From: an uncultured candidate division Zixibacteria bacterium
GTDB lineage: Bacteria; Zixibacteria; MSB-5A5; UBA10806; 4484-95
Direction of reading: 5' to 3'
NCBI GenBank assembly: GCA_963668625.2
Contig: CAXXKA010000009.1
Coordinates: 1-64,000, forward strand
Length of the DNA stretch: 64,000 nucleotides
Shown here piece after piece: positions 60,113 to 64,000 of this stretch. Under the pieces are notes generated by a model. It made no database searches. It was not told the DNA's origin and saw nothing but the letters and a program-made list of their open reading frames with translations. How positions within the stretch are numbered: the stretch's first letter is position 1; each line of letters begins with the position of its first letter. Both the position numbers and the translations under genes were made by a program.

Positions 60113-61811
60113 ATCTGGAGGTAAAATGTTCAGAATTTCAGTTATCCTTATATTGTTCATGTCACCCTTGTTATTTGCCGGGGCCGCGGATGATTTAAAC
60201 GAGCTGATCGATGACTATATCGATTACCGGGCGGCATACTATCCGGTCTGGGCAACGGGAGTCGGTATACACGATTACGACTCGCTTCTAACCGACTACA
60301 CCTATGATGGTATATTCAAGTACCGTAACGATCTGGCGATCCTTCAACAAAACCTGAATGATATAGATATTAAAAAGCTTGAAGGCGATGATTTAATCAA
60401 CTACAAGCTGCTAAAATCAGATATACTCACCGATGAGTTTTTCCTGCTGAAACATCCAGCTTACGCCAATTCGCCAACTATATATATACAGGAACCTATT
60501 GATGGTATCTATTTCCTGTTAAAAGATAATACCCGCACCATAGCCGAAAAAGCCCCGCTGATATTCGAAAGAATGAAAAGAACTAAAGAGTTCATGGATT
60601 ATCGCTGGGTATACCAGGAGGAGTTCGCCCCTATTCATTATGATGCCGCCGTGGATATGATAGACGGCTGTATCGAGTTGATACAGGAAGCCTCCGATTT
60701 ACTGATGGAGGCAATGCCCGACAGCACCAGAAGGATATCCCGCGTGACCCAGTATCTTATCCGCGATTACAAGAACTACAAAACATATTGCCAGATCGAA
60801 AAGAAAAGCGTTCGCGGCACACATGTAATCGGCAAGGAGGATTTGAACTACCTTCTGCGGGAATGCTATCTATTGGATACGGATTCTGACTCTCTCAAAC
60901 GAATCGGCTGGACATGGCTCGAGAAATCCAATCTGGTTCTCGACTCCCTTAACACGATAATCAGCGCTGAAAAAAACAGTAAATCCGATCCGGTCGAGGT
61001 TAACGAGAATCTTACCAAACAGGATATTCTTGATTATTATCAGATGGAGATAGATGAGACAGCGCGGTTCATTAAAGAACACGACCTGGTGACGATACCC
61101 GAAAAAATCGGCAAATGCATTCCGATCGAGACGCCGGAATACCTTCGCCCAATGCATAAAGGTATTGCCTATATGCCCGCGCCGGCTTTCTCCAACGATC
61201 AAACAGGCTATTTCTTCACCCGGCCGATATCGGATTTGACAGCCGATGCAAAGAGAAAATATAGTGCAATGATACAGAATCGAACATTCAAAAGCTCGGT
61301 GGTTCACGAGGCCTACCCGGGACATCATTTGCAATTCAGTCTGGCTCATATGAATGATAATCCACTCAGAAAAGTTCAGGATAATATGATGCTTTCGGAA
61401 GGCTGGGCGCTCTATTGCGAACAGATGATGACCGAACAGGGATTTTTCGAGGGCGATGATTTGGCCAAACGCTGGAAAGGCGTCTGGGGCGGCATCCGCT
61501 ACCGCGCGGTCAGGATAATCGTCGATATCTCGTTGGCCGAGGGCACGATGACTCCCGACTCGGCTCTGGTGTTCATGAACGACAAATTAGGCGAAAACAC
61601 GGAGTATTTCACCGCCGAGATTCTTCGCTATTGCGCCTATCCGACTATAGCGTTAACATATTTAACAGGCAAGTTACAAATTCTGGATATGCTCGAAAAA
61701 GCCCGTAAAAAAGAGGGTAAGTCTTTTTCATTAAAAGAGTTTCATGACAAAATCCTGAATGAGGGATCGATCCCGCCGGCGCTTATAGCCGAAAAATACG
61801 ACTATAAATAA
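60105..61811 (+). CDS. DUF885-family exported protein (metallopeptidase-like)
   Basis: Signal peptide, AT.VG.HDYD, HEAYPGHHLQ, EGWALYCE, FSLKEFHD.IL..GSIP; start probably 60126. Confidence 0.88.
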   Translation: MTKSGGKMFRISVILILFMSPLLFAGAADDLNELIDDYIDYRAAYYPVWATGVGIHDYDSLLTDYTYDGIFKYRNDLAILQQNLNDIDIKKLEGDDLINYKLLKSDILTDEFFLLKHPAYANSPTIYIQEPIDGIYFLLKDNTRTIAEKAPLIFERMKRTKEFMDYRWVYQEEFAPIHYDAAVDMIDGCIELIQEASDLLMEAMPDSTRRISRVTQYLIRDYKNYKTYCQIEKKSVRGTHVIGKEDLNYLLRECYLLDTDSDSLKRIGWTWLEKSNLVLDSLNTIISAEKNSKSDPVEVNENLTKQDILDYYQMEIDETARFIKEHDLVTIPEKIGKCIPIETPEYLRPMHKGIAYMPAPAFSNDQTGYFFTRPISDLTADAKRKYSAMIQNRTFKSSVVHEAYPGHHLQFSLAHMNDNPLRKVQDNMMLSEGWALYCEQMMTEQGFFEGDDLAKRWKGVWGGIRYRAVRIIVDISLAEGTMTPDSALVFMNDKLGENTEYFTAEILRYCAYPTIALTYLTGKLQILDMLEKARKKEGKSFSLKEFHDKILNEGSIPPALIAEKYDYK

Positions 61812-61858
61812 TTAACATAGCTACACTCCCTGCCGATACTATTACAGCAGGGAGAGTT

Positions 61859-62950
61859 ATGAAAATAGTACACACGTCAGATATTTATTTAGGCAAACAA
61901 TTTTCGGAATACAATCTGGCCGGCGATAAAATCCGGGCCGGCCTGAAAACGACATTTTCGAAAATTATCGATTATACCATTAATCAAAAAGCGGATTTAC
62001 TTATCATTTCCGGTAATCTCTTTAACGATTTAAATATCTCCAGAAACCTACAGGACTATATAGCCTCGGAACTTGGTCGTCTTGATCAAATACAGGTTGT
62101 GGTCATGCCGGGAATAAGCGATCCGTATGTGGATGGTTCGTTCTGGAAAGTCTGGCAGCAGACGAATCAGTATGAAAATATCAAGGCTATCGCCGATCCC
62201 GGAAAGCCTTATGTGCAACTGAGCAATCTCGATTGTGCGATTTATGGCATTTTCGATTCGACCGGTAACGCCGATAGCGAGGAGAAATTAAAACTTCAAA
62301 ACGCCACTTACCATATAGGTGTCGCCTGCATGAACATGGATTCGGCGCGAGATAAAATCGAAAACGCGGGATTGGATTTCAATTATATCGCACTGGGCGG
62401 CGAACCTAATTTCATGGACTTATCCGCCTCCGGGATGAAAGCGGCTTACTGCGGATCGCCCGAGAATATCGATTTCGAGCAGAATGGCGGCGGCAAAATA
62501 GCGGTCGTGGAAATCGACGAGCAGAGGAATATAACTGTCACGCCAGAAACGGTCGGAAGTTTCAATTGGAAAATCGAGAAGATTGAAGCCAAAGAGATTT
62601 TGACCAATGATGATTTAGCGGCGAGATTATTAAGCCTTGCCGGGACAGATCCGATCAACACGGCTTTACGTGTCACCCTTTCGGGATTGACATTATTCGA
62701 GGCCGATCTGGCGCCCGAACTGGTCGAGGAGCAAATGAGAAGTAATTTCTTATGCCTGGATATCATTGATGAGACTAAAGTGCTTCCGGATAATGTTTCC
62801 GAGGTCAAAGTTTCGGAAAAGACATTGTTGGGCCAGTATATAAAAGTAATAGCGCAGGAGTTAAGCTCGGCGGATGAGGAGAAAACCCGGCGCCTGGAGA
62901 AATCGGCGAAAGCCGGCCTGGCGCTGTTGCAGGGCAGGGAGATCTGGTAA
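61859..62950 (+). CDS. SbcD/Mre11 (YhaO-like) metallophosphoesterase-fold protein, catalytically degenerate
   Basis: MKIVHTSDIYLG, ISGNLFN, MPGISD, YIALGG, YCGSPE. Confidence 0.85.
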   Translation: MKIVHTSDIYLGKQFSEYNLAGDKIRAGLKTTFSKIIDYTINQKADLLIISGNLFNDLNISRNLQDYIASELGRLDQIQVVVMPGISDPYVDGSFWKVWQQTNQYENIKAIADPGKPYVQLSNLDCAIYGIFDSTGNADSEEKLKLQNATYHIGVACMNMDSARDKIENAGLDFNYIALGGEPNFMDLSASGMKAAYCGSPENIDFEQNGGGKIAVVEIDEQRNITVTPETVGSFNWKIEKIEAKEILTNDDLAARLLSLAGTDPINTALRVTLSGLTLFEADLAPELVEEQMRSNFLCLDIIDETKVLPDNVSEVKVSEKTLLGQYIKVIAQELSSADEEKTRRLEKSAKAGLALLQGREIW

Positions 62951-62951
62951 T

Positions 62952-64000
62952 ATGAATCTAGCCAGTTTACAGCTTAAAAATTACGGTAAGTTCAAGGATT
63001 TCTCCTGCAGCCTTACCCCCGGTTTGAATGTTATCAAAGGCGGTAACGAAACCGGCAAGTCTACCCTGGTGGATGCAATCACCAAGCTGCTGTATACCAG
63101 CCCCAATAATTTAGAAAAGATCGTTTTATCGGATACGAAAACCTGGAGCGCCGAGGGCCCGGTACTGTTGAAAGCTGATATACAAAGTAACGATTTTACA
63201 GGCACGATTGAGAAAGATCTGGATTCGGGCGAGGCTAAACTTGCCAACGAGGATTTGAACGTAACCATAGATGACAGCTCTCGTATCACTGAGATCATAA
63301 CCGGCGCGATCGGTTTCAATACCGCCGAGTTATTCGAGGCCACCTCATGTATCAGGCAGGGACAGATTTCGCATATCGAGGGCTCTATCAAGGCGATCAA
63401 GGATAAGCTCGAATCGCTGGTCACTGGCGGTAAGGAGGATCAAGCCGCCTCGCAAATTATCGAGAAAATCGATCAGCGTATCGAGGAGATATCACGAAGG
63501 GATGATGCCAATCCCGGTCAGATGCTGAGACTAGAGACGGTACAGAGTGATATCGACTATAATATTGACAAACTGAATCGTGATATCAGCAATATCAACA
63601 ACTGGCGAAATACTCTTCAACAGGTGCAGGTGGCTTTCACCAACGGCGCAGAGGATTATCGCAAGAAAAAAGAATCACTTGAGGATGCCCTTCAAGCCCA
63701 AACCGCCAAGCAGGAATTGACCCGTTTGAATAAAGAACAACGGGAATCGCTTGCCAATTTCGAGAAAGTCAAGGATGCCGGCAAGAAAGTCAAAGAGCTT
63801 AAAACTCAGTTGGAACAGGCAAAAGACCTGCCCAAATCAGATCGTGATCGTATCGATGAGTTAGAGTCAAACTTAAAATATCTCAAACCCAAACATCGCG
63901 AGATGGAATTGGACATAGAAACCGACACCAAGTCGCTCGATTCGTACAAGATAAGCGGCGGTGTAGTCGGCCTGGCGATAGTTTCGCTGGTTGGTATAGG
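62952..64000 (+). CDS. SMC/Rad50-like (YhaN/AAA_27) ATPase, runs off the window's right edge
   Basis: Manual translation MNLASLQLKNYGKFKDFSCSLTPGLNVIKGGNETGKSTLVDAI (Walker A), CIRQGQ Q-loop, then coiled coil. Confidence 0.88.
   Translation, partial: MNLASLQLKNYGKFKDFSCSLTPGLNVIKGGNETGKSTLVDAITKLLYTSPNNLEKIVLSDTKTWSAEGPVLLKADIQSNDFTGTIEKDLDSGEAKLANEDLNVTIDDSSRITEIITGAIGFNTAELFEATSCIRQGQISHIEGSIKAIKDKLESLVTGGKEDQAASQIIEKIDQRIEEISRRDDANPGQMLRLETVQSDIDYNIDKLNRDISNINNWRNTLQQVQVAFTNGAEDYRKKKESLEDALQAQTAKQELTRLNKEQRESLANFEKVKDAGKKVKELKTQLEQAKDLPKSDRDRIDELESNLKYLKPKHREMELDIETDTKSLDSYKISGGVVGLAIVSLVGI

Noticed and set aside
62981-63424. 147-aa minus-strand ORF
   Set aside because: Shadow of the plus-strand SMC-like ATPase starting at 62952

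Overview
Bacterial chromosomal window, moderate GC with several AT-rich patches. A PorX-type regulator and the overall gene content suggest an FCB-group-like diderm, probably anaerobic (inference). 1-24.5 kb: mostly minus-strand surface-polysaccharide locus (GMPP-PMM, SLBB export protein, Wzz, WbpD/E/I-like enzymes, MurJ-like flippase, GTs, deacetylase, formyltransferase, GmhB, epimerase, WecA-WcaJ fusion) that runs into serS and a histidine kinase/PorX pair, with an IS3 inserted in the last codons of the flippase. 24.6-37.9 kb: housekeeping genes (S41 protease, tmk, DMT, K+ channel, GDPD, ino1 + CDP-alcohol transferase + PAP2 inositol-lipid cluster, rsmI, nadE, ssb, SlyD-type PPIase). 38.1-43.1 kb is the most striking feature: a four-gene operon encoding a Cys-containing lipoprotein, a NapH/NosR-like membrane Fe-S protein, a probable outer-membrane beta-barrel and a Tat-exported lipoprotein with 20 ferredoxin motifs in a symmetric 9+2+9 layout. 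This is a candidate heme-free Fe-S trans-envelope electron wire. 43.9-55 kb: BlaI/M56 pair with a repeat sensor, then a REP-rich variable region (truncated Mrr, low-GC FkbM, intact IS4, secreted repeat protein, DUF4238). 55-64 kb: a long structured leader ahead of an Ala-Cys-Gly histidine ammonia-lyase, permease-HMA, rlmD, DUF885, and a catalytically degenerate SbcD-like protein paired with an SMC-like ATPase. No rRNA, tRNA or CRISPR array was seen.
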